From assembly GCA_044229355.1 (NCBI GenBank), contig JBGATF010000010.1, positions 202,321-266,320 on the forward strand: a DNA stretch of 64,000 bases, given 5' to 3'. The position numbers were made by a program, and so were the translations under genes. Positions 20,149 to 31,177 of this stretch are shown here, in pieces. The first letter of the stretch is position 1; every line of letters starts with the position of its first letter. Source of the DNA: Limisphaerales bacterium. Lineage in GTDB: Bacteria > Verrucomicrobiota > Verrucomicrobiia > Limisphaerales > JADJPG01. The notes under the pieces are model-generated. The model made no database searches. It worked only from the letters and a program-made list of their open reading frames with translations, and was not told the DNA's origin.

Positions 20149-20688
20149 TTACTGGGCGGTCTTGGCGGTCTCGATCAGCTTGCGAAACTGCGGCTGGGAT
20201 TCCTTCACGAGTTTGGCGGGGCCGGTCATGCGCACAAAGACGTTGCCCTCGTCGCTTTCGAGGATCGCGCCGAGCAGCATGGCGTTGGCCTGGGCGGTCT
20301 TGGCCCCACCGGGCATGCCGCTCAAGTAGGTGCCTTCGGCCTGCACGAGCGTGGCGTTGCGGCCACCGGCCTTGATCTGTTCCGTCTTGCTGTTGAGCTT
20401 CTCCCGCGGCTCCTGGAACTGGCTTAGCCAGCGGTCGATGTTGGCCTGGGTGCCGCCCGCGCCGCCTGCGCCGAAGAAAAAGAAGACAACCTCGGCGGTC
20501 GATTTGTCGGCGCCGGTGACTTTCAACTGGGCCTTGCGCATGGCGGAGGTCGTCTCGACCCAGCTCCAGCTATCCGGGCGGGTAAAGGTGAACTCGCTGA
20601 CCTTGAACGTGGCCGGAGCGTCGGCCGCGACCGCGGAGCTCAGGGCCGCCAGGAGTGTGGTGAAGGTGATGAGCACGAACGTTTTCAT
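20149..20688 (-). CDS. hypothetical secreted protein
   Basis: Track ORF 20149..20730; the likely start is MKTFVLITFTTLLAALSSAVAADA (signal peptide) at 20688. No recognised domain. Confidence 0.4.
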   Translation of the reverse strand: MKTFVLITFTTLLAALSSAVAADAPATFKVSEFTFTRPDSWSWVETTSAMRKAQLKVTGADKSTAEVVFFFFGAGGAGGTQANIDRWLSQFQEPREKLNSKTEQIKAGGRNATLVQAEGTYLSGMPGGAKTAQANAMLLGAILESDEGNVFVRMTGPAKLVKESQPQFRKLIETAKTAQ

Positions 20689-20970
20689 ATTAATTCGTCG
20701 AGGAAACCAATGCGTTTGTCTGGCCGTCATGCTGTCGAACCGACGTCCGAATGCAAAGCAGTTTCTCCGCCTCGGGGAACGTCCGGTCTTTCATGGCAAT
20801 CTTTTTGCCGAACATCTTTCTTCCATCGCTTTTTCGGCCGGGGAGCGGGAGTGCCCTCCGGGACGAAAATGCCGGCGACGACGAATCGGGATTGGCAAAA
20901 AAATGTTGGGCAAAAAGATTGCCCGTACAAACCGCCTGGAATCGATCAGTCGCCACTGGGGAATCCACGA

Positions 20971-23052
<2,082 letters not shown>

Positions 23053-23079
23053 TTAACTGAACGGCAGGGGGAGAAGTGC

Positions 23080-23137
23080 GAAGTCCGGCGTTCGACGTTT
23101 GAAGTTTGAAGTTTGAAGTTTGAAGTTTGAAGTTTGG
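23080..23137. repeat. heptamer tandem repeat (GTTTGAA)5 preceded by cgaagtccggcgttcgacgtt, related to the 5.9-kb repeat block
   Basis: 23097-23137 gtttgaa x5 then gtttgg. The 13-mer ggcgttcgacgtt is identical to 5995-6007. cgaagtccg is the reverse complement of cggacttcg at 6036-6044. Confidence 0.85.
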
Positions 23138-23138
23138 T

Positions 23139-24083
23139 CTATTCCTCCACGCGTGTGGGCACCCAATCGACGGTGCGGAGCTCTTCGTTGAATTCGAATT
23201 CCGATTTGCCCTGGATCGAGTCGCCGTCGAGGACGCCCCAGTATTTGGTCACCGTGACGGTGCCGAACCGCTCGCGCTCGACTTCGAATGAAATATTTCC
23301 GTCTTTGAATGTCGCGTTGGTGATTTCGGTGTCGCCGCTGCGACCTTTCATTTTGCCCGTCAATTTGTCGCCTTCGAGCTTGAGCACGACCTCGCTGCGG
23401 AAGCCGCCGCCGCGTCCGGCTCCGCCGCCGCCCGAACGTCCGCCCGGGGCGGGACCCTGGCTGGCACTGGAGTTGGCGGTGGTGCCGGCTCCGGTCGCTC
23501 CCGCGCCAGCGGCATTGCCGGTCCCCGGTCGTCCGCCTCCGGGGCCGCGTCCGAAGTTCACCTCCCACCGCCAGGTGCCGGTTGGCGAATCCGAGGCGCG
23601 CCGAGCTTCCCACGGATAGGTCGCCTTTTCCCCGGTCCAATCCGACTCGATCGTGCCGTTCAGCAATCCTTCGGTCAGCCGCCCCGAGTAACGGGTGGTG
23701 ACCTTGCGGCCCGCGTGTTCGCGCACGACCAACCAGCTGACGCGGTCGCCGTCGACATGACCGTCGCTGATGGGGACCTCGGTGCCTGGGCCGATCAGCG
23801 ACGTGCCAGTGAGGAGGTTGCCGTCGAATTTAATCCTGGCGCGCGGCTGGGACTTTGTTCCGTCGGGCATGATGAAGGTCCACTTCCAGGTGCCTTGGAG
23901 CTTTGGCTTGGCCGGCAACTCGGCCGCCAGCGAGCTGCTCGCGTAAAGAGCGAGCGCGGCGACGAGCCCGAGGGTGGCGTGCAGCGCCCGGAGCGGCCGT
24001 GCCGCGGCGAGGCGACGGCCCTCGCTGTGCAGGAGGGGAGAAGGAAGAGTGGGCATAGGATGGTTGGGGTTGCTGCGCGTCAC
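23139..24083 (-). CDS. hypothetical secreted two-domain protein with Gly-rich linker
   Basis: 314 aa. Signal peptide (LHATLGLVAALALYASSSLAAE), two beta-rich halves separated by GRGPGGGRPGTGNAAGAGATGAGTT...GGRSGGGGAGRGGG. Confidence 0.4.
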   Translation of the reverse strand: MTRSNPNHPMPTLPSPLLHSEGRRLAAARPLRALHATLGLVAALALYASSSLAAELPAKPKLQGTWKWTFIMPDGTKSQPRARIKFDGNLLTGTSLIGPGTEVPISDGHVDGDRVSWLVVREHAGRKVTTRYSGRLTEGLLNGTIESDWTGEKATYPWEARRASDSPTGTWRWEVNFGRGPGGGRPGTGNAAGAGATGAGTTANSSASQGPAPGGRSGGGGAGRGGGFRSEVVLKLEGDKLTGKMKGRSGDTEITNATFKDGNISFEVERERFGTVTVTKYWGVLDGDSIQGKSEFEFNEELRTVDWVPTRVEE

Positions 24084-27000
24084 GGCGTGCGCGCCGGCAC
24101 GGCGTAGCGCAGGGAGATTTTTTCCTCGTTGCGGTTGTTACGGCCGCTGAATTTGACTTCCATTTTGCTTCCGTGGTCGATGACGGTGACGAAGCCGAAG
24201 CCGCCCTCGCCGTCGCGCTCGCGGACGCGATACACGCCCTGGCTGTAGGGGCCGCCTTTGAGCGACGGGTTTTGGTCGAGAGGCGCGGCGCACATGACGG
24301 GGATGTGGACGCCGCCGCCGGTGGCGAAGTCACCATTGCTCCCATCATCTGCCGCCAGCATGTGGGAATCGCCGTGGAGGATGGCGACACCCTGGATGTG
24401 GTTTTCCTTGATGAAGTCGCAGATCTCGCGGCGCTCGGTGGCGAAGACGCTCCAATGATCCTGGTCGCCGATCGACGGGGCGTTGGTTTGCGCGCCGCCG
24501 CGACCGCCGGTGCCGCCGCGGCCGCCGCCCGGACCGCGCGCACGTCCGCCGTCCCGGTTGGTCCGCGCGGAGGGCGAATTGGTCAATGTGGTGTGGTGCA
24601 GATAACCCCAGTCGTTGGTGGTCACGCGGTAATAGTTGGTTCCGATCTGGCCGAGCCATGGGACGGTGCTGACCCAGAAGATGACGGGATATTTGCCGTT
24701 AGCCGCCAGCAGCTCTTGCTTGAACCACTCCTTTTGCCGGGCGCCCATCATGGACTTGGTCGCGTCGTCCTTGTTTGTGACGGAGTCCCGCTCGGAGCGC
24801 AGGTCAGTGATGATGAATTTAGTCCGGCCGACATTGAAGGACTGGTAAATCGCCTCGGGGCCTGCGCCGGTGACCAGAGGATAATGCGGGACATATTCCC
24901 GGTAGGCCATTCGGACGGCTTCGTGCGACAGGGCGTTTTTGTTGGCGTTGTTTCCGCCGTAATCGTGGTCGTCCCACACGTAGAAAAAGGCCGTGCTGCG
25001 ATAGAGTCGGGATTGCTGGGGCGAGGTCAGGACCAGGTCGTAGGCCTGACGGAACTTGTCGATGCTGCTGTTCGTCAGATCGAGATAATGAAAGTCCCCG
25101 ATGTTCATGTAGAACAGCGGGTGATTTTCGCGAATGGCGTCGAAGATGTCGCTGGTCGATGCCGTGCGTGCGCACGAGGCATAGGCGAAGCTGAACGATT
25201 TCGGGTCCGGTGGAAACGTGCGAAACTGCCCGCTCTTGCCGCGCTCCAGGCGGCCGTTCACTTCAACGACGTAGTAATATTGCGTGTCGGGCGCGAGCTG
25301 GCTGAGCTGGAATGCGACGACGTCGTAATGACTGGTGGACGATTGGGCGGGCCCGAAGTAGCGAAGGCCGGTGAGGTTTGATCTGGTGGTGAGGCCGAGG
25401 CGCGCATGCAGGCCGGGGCGGGAGAGCCGGACCTTGGCGTTGGCTTCGGTGGTGGCGACACCTCCGACCCACGGCCCGCGGGCGATCTCGGAATAGGCCA
25501 CTCCGAGCTGTTCAAAAAGGAATGAGTAACGATCCACGCGCTGGGCCACCCGTTCGTCGAGGGGGGTACCCAATCCATGCCCGCTCGTGGCGCTGGTGCG
25601 CAGCAGCACGGGACGACGCGACGCGGTGGCGGTCTGGAGGCGCGCGGCCATCTTGCGGGAGTGACCGGGATTGACCCGGCCGTCGTGCGCCCCGGTCATG
25701 AGGAGCACGGCCGGATAGGCCACCCGGTCGGTCACGCGGTGGTACGGGGAGTAGGCGTGCAACGCCTTGAATTGCGCCGGATCTTTGACCGAGCCGTACT
25801 CCGTGGTGTTGAATTGACCGTTGGGATCCAGTTCCACCCGCAACATGTCGAACAAGCCGACTTCAGCCACCGCCGCCCGGAACAGGTCCGGCCTCTGGGT
25901 CAGGGCGGCTCCGACCAACAGTCCGCCGTTGCTGCCGCCATGGATGGCCAGCCGGGCCGCTGACGTGTAATTCGATCGGATGAGCAGTTCGGCGCAGGCG
26001 ATGAAATCGTCGAAGACATTTTGCTTCTGCAACAGCCGGCCCCCGTCGTGCCACGCTTCGCCGAGCTCACCGCCGCCCCGCAGGCGCGCGATGACGACCT
26101 GGCCGCCTTGATCAAACCAGACCCGCCGCGTGAAGTCGAAATGCGGCACCTGACTGATGCCGAAGCCACCATAGCCCGTCAGGATGGTCGGCGTCTGGCC
26201 GTCCAGGGACTGGCCACGCCGGCGCAGAATGGTCATCGGGACGCGGGTCCCATCCTTCGAATGGGCGGCCGCCCGCACGACTTCGATATCCCGGAAGTCC
26301 GCCGGGGTGATCCCTTCGAGCGCGGTGTCGAGCATGCGCGTCGGGCTGACGGCCGGGTTGTAGACCTGCCATTCATATGGCGCGGTGTAGGTTTCGGTGC
26401 GGACCAGCACCTCATCGCCCCGGGGGCAGAACATCTCGTCGACCGCGAACAGGCTGTTGATCGGCAGGCGCCACTCGTTGCGCGGACCGCGCGGCGGCCG
26501 GCCGGAGCGCCCTTCGTCCGCATTCGTCGACCCGGTTGAATTCGGATTCGCATTGGCTCCACCGCTTTCCGGTTCCTGCCCGGACGTGTTGCCTTCCGCA
26601 TTGCTCGCCGATCCGGCGGCCGGGGTGTTTCCGGTCTGGCCCTCCTGGTTCTCGTTGGATCCCGCGGCCTCTGAAGATTCGGTTTCGCCCGATTCCGGCT
26701 GGCCGGTGGCCGACAGATAGAAATCGTGAAACCGGAGCGAGGCCGCCCCGCCGATGCGGTCTTCGATGTACAAACCGCGGGCCGAGGTCACGAAACTGGC
26801 GATGGCGTTGGTCCGGGCATTGATGACCTCGATGGCAGCCGAGAGCCGTTCCTCGGCCAGGGGCAGCCGGAGGATTCGTCCCATCGGCGCGTCCTTCGTC
26901 GACAAGAGGTAGAGCGCGTTGTCCCGCGGCCACTCGATGTAGATGGGGTCGCGACCGAACTGGATCGACTTGACCTTGTCGGCCGCTCCCGCGACTTGGC

Positions 27001-27892
27001 GCCACTTCCCCGCCGGGTCGCGCAGAAAGTGCAGAAAATCTCCGCCGTCACCGTCGCCCACCGAGGCCAGCAGGTATTTGCCGTCGTCGCTTGTCTTGAG
27101 CTGCACCTCGCCGATGCGGGGAAATTCGCGCCCGAGCTCGTAGCGATCCGCGGCGGCGGGCGTGCCGAGTTGATGGAAATAGACCTGTTGATAAAAGCGC
27201 GCGTCGGCTGGCGGGCGTTCCTCCGGCGCCGGGTAGCGAGTGTAGAAGAAACCCGAGCCGTCGTGGCTCCACGCCACGCTGCCGCCCGCCGTGGGGAATT
27301 GGACACGCGGGATGATGTCGGCGCGCCGCGTTCCGGAGGCGACTGCAAACACGTAAAGAGTCCCAGCCTCGCTGCCGGATTCGGACAACGACACCGCGAT
27401 GAGGCTGCCGTCGGGCGACGGCTCGTAAAAATCGATGCTGGTGCCGCCGCGGGGATCGAGGGCGTTGGGATCGATGACGACCCGTTCCGAGGAAAGATTG
27501 GTCAGCGACGTGAAGGTCACGAGGACCGACTGTTGCGCGGGCGGCTTGAACGCGATGGCGAAATACGCGCCGCGCCGCGCGCGCAGGTCGGAGTAATCCG
27601 CCGACACCACGCCGTAGAGTCGCTCCAGCTGGTAGACCAAATCCTTCCTCGTCGGGAGTGAGTCCAGGTGTTCGCGGGCGGCGCGGTTCTGGGCTTCCGT
27701 CCAGGTGCGGACCGCCGCGGATTCACCGTTCTCCAGCCATTGATACGGATCCTCCACCGCGATCCCGTGATAGTCGTTGCGGACAGGCTGGCGGGGGGTG
27801 CGCACCGTGGCGGCGGGGGAATCGATTCCGGTCAGCCAGCAGAAAATCGCGACGGCCAGCATGGACATGGCGTTCGGGCGAAGGCGGTGCAT
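24080..27892 (-). CDS. secreted fusion protein: prolyl oligopeptidase (S9A, N-terminal ~810 aa) plus PhoD-like metallophosphatase (C-terminal ~450 aa)
   Basis: One continuous 1270-aa ORF. N-terminal signal peptide; YHGIAVEDPYQWLEN (POP N-terminal motif), a beta-propeller region, catalytic GGSNGGLLVG / AHDGRV / SGHG triad. Then the PhoD_N beta-sandwich (YYYVVEVNGRLERGKSGQFRTFP) and PhoD motifs FAYASCAR, GDFHYLD, WDDHDYGGNN, GDSHM. A ~90-aa low-complexity insertion (QPESGETESSEAAGSNENQEGQTGNT...) sits in the POP part. Confidence 0.75.
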   Translation of the reverse strand: MHRLRPNAMSMLAVAIFCWLTGIDSPAATVRTPRQPVRNDYHGIAVEDPYQWLENGESAAVRTWTEAQNRAAREHLDSLPTRKDLVYQLERLYGVVSADYSDLRARRGAYFAIAFKPPAQQSVLVTFTSLTNLSSERVVIDPNALDPRGGTSIDFYEPSPDGSLIAVSLSESGSEAGTLYVFAVASGTRRADIIPRVQFPTAGGSVAWSHDGSGFFYTRYPAPEERPPADARFYQQVYFHQLGTPAAADRYELGREFPRIGEVQLKTSDDGKYLLASVGDGDGGDFLHFLRDPAGKWRQVAGAADKVKSIQFGRDPIYIEWPRDNALYLLSTKDAPMGRILRLPLAEERLSAAIEVINARTNAIASFVTSARGLYIEDRIGGAASLRFHDFYLSATGQPESGETESSEAAGSNENQEGQTGNTPAAGSASNAEGNTSGQEPESGGANANPNSTGSTNADEGRSGRPPRGPRNEWRLPINSLFAVDEMFCPRGDEVLVRTETYTAPYEWQVYNPAVSPTRMLDTALEGITPADFRDIEVVRAAAHSKDGTRVPMTILRRRGQSLDGQTPTILTGYGGFGISQVPHFDFTRRVWFDQGGQVVIARLRGGGELGEAWHDGGRLLQKQNVFDDFIACAELLIRSNYTSAARLAIHGGSNGGLLVGAALTQRPDLFRAAVAEVGLFDMLRVELDPNGQFNTTEYGSVKDPAQFKALHAYSPYHRVTDRVAYPAVLLMTGAHDGRVNPGHSRKMAARLQTATASRRPVLLRTSATSGHGLGTPLDERVAQRVDRYSFLFEQLGVAYSEIARGPWVGGVATTEANAKVRLSRPGLHARLGLTTRSNLTGLRYFGPAQSSTSHYDVVAFQLSQLAPDTQYYYVVEVNGRLERGKSGQFRTFPPDPKSFSFAYASCARTASTSDIFDAIRENHPLFYMNIGDFHYLDLTNSSIDKFRQAYDLVLTSPQQSRLYRSTAFFYVWDDHDYGGNNANKNALSHEAVRMAYREYVPHYPLVTGAGPEAIYQSFNVGRTKFIITDLRSERDSVTNKDDATKSMMGARQKEWFKQELLAANGKYPVIFWVSTVPWLGQIGTNYYRVTTNDWGYLHHTTLTNSPSARTNRDGGRARGPGGGRGGTGGRGGAQTNAPSIGDQDHWSVFATERREICDFIKENHIQGVAILHGDSHMLAADDGSNGDFATGGGVHIPVMCAAPLDQNPSLKGGPYSQGVYRVRERDGEGGFGFVTVIDHGSKMEVKFSGRNNRNEEKISLRYAVPARTP

Positions 27893-28090
27893 GGCAGAGT
27901 AATGAAGGACCGTCCCGCCCGGCGCAAGCGCGCAGTTGCGCGCAGAGTTGGAGAGATTAAAGCCGTGCCGCAGACCCGCCCGCCCATCCGCGCCCGATCA
28001 CGCCTGGCCTCTCCAAATGCGTTCGAATGGCGCACGAACCGCAAGGGAAGTCCCGGAAATGAGCCGGAGGCTTCTCGCGCTCGCACAGCG

Positions 28091-29269
28091 TCAGCGCACG
28101 TTACCGGCTCGGAGCTGGGCGAGTGGATAAAACGTTTCGCGCCAGCGGATCCCCCCGCGACACGAGGCCTTCGCGGCCGAGTTGATCAGCGCGTAGAAGA
28201 AGATGGGAAACATCAGCGGGATGAGCAGCGCGCCGCCCAGGCGCCAGCGCAAGCGTCGGGCCAGAACCATCCCGGGAACGATCAGCGAAAGCGGGGAAAG
28301 CGCGGCGGCTATACCTACAGGTGTACCGGAGAGAAGTCCGAGAATGATCACGGCCGAAGTAGAAAGCGCCACGACGGTCCCGAGCAAGACGAGCGAGGTT
28401 CGATATTCCAGCGCGGCGAAATAATTCTTCTCCATTATTTTTACGATGCTGAAGGCATTCCGGCCCCAATACGCCTCCACATCGTCGCCGCCGATAAACC
28501 CTCGCGTGCGTTTTCCGGCGCGCCGGAGAAGGAGCCCCAGCTTCATGTCGTCGAGGACGGTCAGCCGGAGCGCCTCGTACCCACCGCACTGCCGGTACGC
28601 CGCCGTCCGCACGAGATTAAACGCGCCGAATCCGAGGAAACGCTTTCCCGTGTCGCGATTCACTTCCGAAAACCAGTTGGCGGTCCCGGTGAGAAATAAC
28701 AGATGCGAGGCCACCAGGCCTCGCGTTTTTACAGAGATGCCGGACGCCAGCGTGATGTGGTCCACGTGTTCGCGTTCGGCGAGGCGGCAGGCTCTCGCGA
28801 TCACGTCTGGTTTCAACCAGCAATCCGCATCGGTAAACAGGATCCATTCGCCGGTGGCCGCGCCGGCGCCGAGGTGGCACGCGTGACACTTGCCGAGCCA
28901 GCCCTCGGGCAAGTTCGCCACGCGTTTTATCTGGATGCGGGGGTCTTCGTCCGAAAGCCGCCCGAGGATCGCGGCGGTCTGATCCTTGGAGCGATCGTCC
29001 ACAAGGATGATTTCCAGGTCCACGCCCAGTTGCTGAAGGAGGCACCGAATGGTCTGTTCGACGCGTGCCTCTTCGTCGCGCGCCGCGATGACCACTGAGC
29101 AGCGCACTTTGCCGTTGGCTGGCGGCAATTGATCCGAGGACGGCAATCGCGGCACCCAGCGCAAGTGCCACAATGTGACGACCGTCATGGCGAAGAACGC
29201 GGCCGCGGTGCCGCTGTAGAGGATCGTCATCCACATCCGCCGTGGATCGTCGCGAGAAACGTCCAACAA
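28091..29269 (-). CDS. family-2 glycosyltransferase (membrane-associated)
   Basis: 392 aa. GT-A motifs CSVVIAARDEEARVEQTI, DxD in ILVDDRS and FTDADC, C-terminal TM helices. Confidence 0.7.
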   Translation of the reverse strand: MLDVSRDDPRRMWMTILYSGTAAAFFAMTVVTLWHLRWVPRLPSSDQLPPANGKVRCSVVIAARDEEARVEQTIRCLLQQLGVDLEIILVDDRSKDQTAAILGRLSDEDPRIQIKRVANLPEGWLGKCHACHLGAGAATGEWILFTDADCWLKPDVIARACRLAEREHVDHITLASGISVKTRGLVASHLLFLTGTANWFSEVNRDTGKRFLGFGAFNLVRTAAYRQCGGYEALRLTVLDDMKLGLLLRRAGKRTRGFIGGDDVEAYWGRNAFSIVKIMEKNYFAALEYRTSLVLLGTVVALSTSAVIILGLLSGTPVGIAAALSPLSLIVPGMVLARRLRWRLGGALLIPLMFPIFFYALINSAAKASCRGGIRWRETFYPLAQLRAGNVR

Positions 29270-29388
29270 GCAATGACCGTCTACAGGATTCTGGGGGATC
29301 GTTTAATGCCGCTGGATTGATCGCTTGGCCCCGGCGCTCAGCGTGCGCTTGATATGGCGCGGCAGCCTGGGATGGAAAAGCTGGGCCG

Positions 29389-30189
29389 CTACCGTTGGCT
29401 GCCAACGAATGCGGCGAACAATCCGGCGACGAGCGCGAGGACCAAAAGGCCGAACAAGATCCAGACCACGATGGAGGTGCGGTATTTGATGTGAGGCGTC
29501 TGCTGGATGACGGCTTGATACTCGTCGGAGAACACCGTTTGTCCCTTTTGACTGAAGACGAGGTAGAGGATGTAACCGTTGATCAGCGTCCCGAGCGGGA
29601 ACCCGAGCAGGCCGAGGCCGGAAAGAATTCCGGTGGGGACGCGCGCCCATTTTTGCAGGCGCCGGAGGCCTGTGCCCACCCAGAGCTGGCCCGCGCCCAG
29701 CAAGAGGAGAAAGACTCCGACCAAGATGGCTAACCGGGGGCCATCCCTGGTGATCGACAGGAAACTCATCAATCCGACGAGCAACAGCCCTGCGCCGCCC
29801 AGATAGTAGAGCAGTCCGACCGATTTGATCGATGCTTCGTGTTTGAGGTGCTCCTTTCTCATTTGCTCGGCCGCAGTGCTGCCGCTCGCGCCTTCTTTCA
29901 GCCGCTGCAGGGCGAGGGGTTTGCACGCGGCACAGTAGACCGCGCCGGAGAGCGGGATGACCTCTGCGGCCGGAAAGGTGTGTCCGCAGCCGGCGCAAAT
30001 CGATCCGCTGGTTGCTGCGCGGGGCAGATCGGGTGTGGAGGCGACATGGCCGTACGGCTGCCAGTCGGCCATTCCTTCGCGCCAGACCAACGTTTGGGAA
30101 GTGACGACGCCTTGTTGAACGAGCTGCTGGAATTCATCTTCGTTCACCGGCCCTTTTTGTTCGGCTCCAGTCGCGTAGTGCCAGTTCAT
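29389..30189 (-). CDS. DUF4339 (GYF-like) domain membrane protein with Cys-rich zinc-ribbon-like segment and 4 TM helices
   Basis: Track ORF 29389..30297; the likely start is MNWHYATGAEQKGPVNEDEFQQLVQQGVVTSQTLVWREGMADWQPY (DUF4339 motif W-Y-Y...GP...L..L...G.I...T.VW..GM..W.P) at 30189. Followed by CAGCGH...CAAC and four hydrophobic helices. Confidence 0.55.
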   Translation of the reverse strand: MNWHYATGAEQKGPVNEDEFQQLVQQGVVTSQTLVWREGMADWQPYGHVASTPDLPRAATSGSICAGCGHTFPAAEVIPLSGAVYCAACKPLALQRLKEGASGSTAAEQMRKEHLKHEASIKSVGLLYYLGGAGLLLVGLMSFLSITRDGPRLAILVGVFLLLLGAGQLWVGTGLRRLQKWARVPTGILSGLGLLGFPLGTLINGYILYLVFSQKGQTVFSDEYQAVIQQTPHIKYRTSIVVWILFGLLVLALVAGLFAAFVGSQR

Positions 30190-30230
30190 GCGTGGATTGC
30201 TGGTGTTGCTGAGGGACGGTCGGGGCCAGT

Positions 30231-31136
30231 TCAAGAACGCCGATACTTGGATCCGGACGGCATGGTTTTGAAGCGATCGAGCGCGCTGCGTTTCCAATCG
30301 CCGCCTTCGCTCCCGGAGTGGTGCGTGTAGGGAGTTCCTGTTGTCGACGAAGGGGCGGGCGCGGGCGTGGCCGCACTCGCCGGGGCCGTGTCGCTGGCCG
30401 TCGCCGGAGTTGGCGCCGTCGCTGGCGGGCGCGCGGGCTCAGGAGCCGGGGTGGGCGACGGGCGACGTTCGAAAAACGAGGTCGAGACAAATGCGCTTGG
30501 CGAAGGCGCCGGCGCGGGTGTGGTCGCGGGTGTGGTCGCGGGCGGAGCGGCTGGTGAAACGGCCGGGGGAGCCGGCGTGGCGTGGCGGCTGGGCAGGGGC
30601 GGGGGCGTGGCGAGGTCGGAATCGTCAACCTGCCAGCCGAGGCGGACGCTCGGCGTGGGCCCGACATGCACCTCGACATTTCGGTAATGCAGCGTGGAGA
30701 GGCGGAGCTTTTCGCTGACTCCGTCGGCCTTGGCCAGGGCGGCGAGCAGGCCGTAGATGGTCTGCCGGCTGGAGTGAGTCGACATCAGAGATCGCAGGGT
30801 GGGCTCCGAGACCGCGGAGATTTTGTGGAAATGAACGATCAGGCGCTGGATGGGGCTAATCTCCATGTCGACCGCGGCCAGGGCATAGCCGGCCTCGGCG
30901 AAAACTTCGGCGTGGTCGTTAATCTCCCGCAAGGCCTGGGCGAGGCGATCGTCGCTGTCCGCGCGCAGGCCGGTGACGCTGGATTGGACGTCCATGCGCA
31001 ATTGTTGGAGCTGGCCGGCGGTCATCAGGACGGTATCGCGCAACTGGGCGGCCTGGCCGGGGGCGGCTTCGACGACCTGCTTCAGGTGGGCGGCCTTTTG
31101 GCTGAGGTCCTGGATTTTGGTGATGAACTTTTTCAT
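30231..31136 (-). CDS. hypothetical protein: helical N-domain plus Pro/Ala/Thr-rich disordered C-terminal half
   Basis: 301 aa. MKKFITKIQDLSQKAAHLKQVVEAAPGQAAQLRDTV... then PPPLPSRHATPAPPAVSPAAPPATTPATTPAPAPSP...PAPEPARPPATAPTPATASDTAPASAATPAPAPSST. 40 bp downstream of the giant ATPase gene, same strand. Confidence 0.4.
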   Translation of the reverse strand: MKKFITKIQDLSQKAAHLKQVVEAAPGQAAQLRDTVLMTAGQLQQLRMDVQSSVTGLRADSDDRLAQALREINDHAEVFAEAGYALAAVDMEISPIQRLIVHFHKISAVSEPTLRSLMSTHSSRQTIYGLLAALAKADGVSEKLRLSTLHYRNVEVHVGPTPSVRLGWQVDDSDLATPPPLPSRHATPAPPAVSPAAPPATTPATTPAPAPSPSAFVSTSFFERRPSPTPAPEPARPPATAPTPATASDTAPASAATPAPAPSSTTGTPYTHHSGSEGGDWKRSALDRFKTMPSGSKYRRS

Positions 31137-31177
31137 GGCGGAAGGAGGATCAGGGGAGCGGGCGTCAGGAAGCGGCT

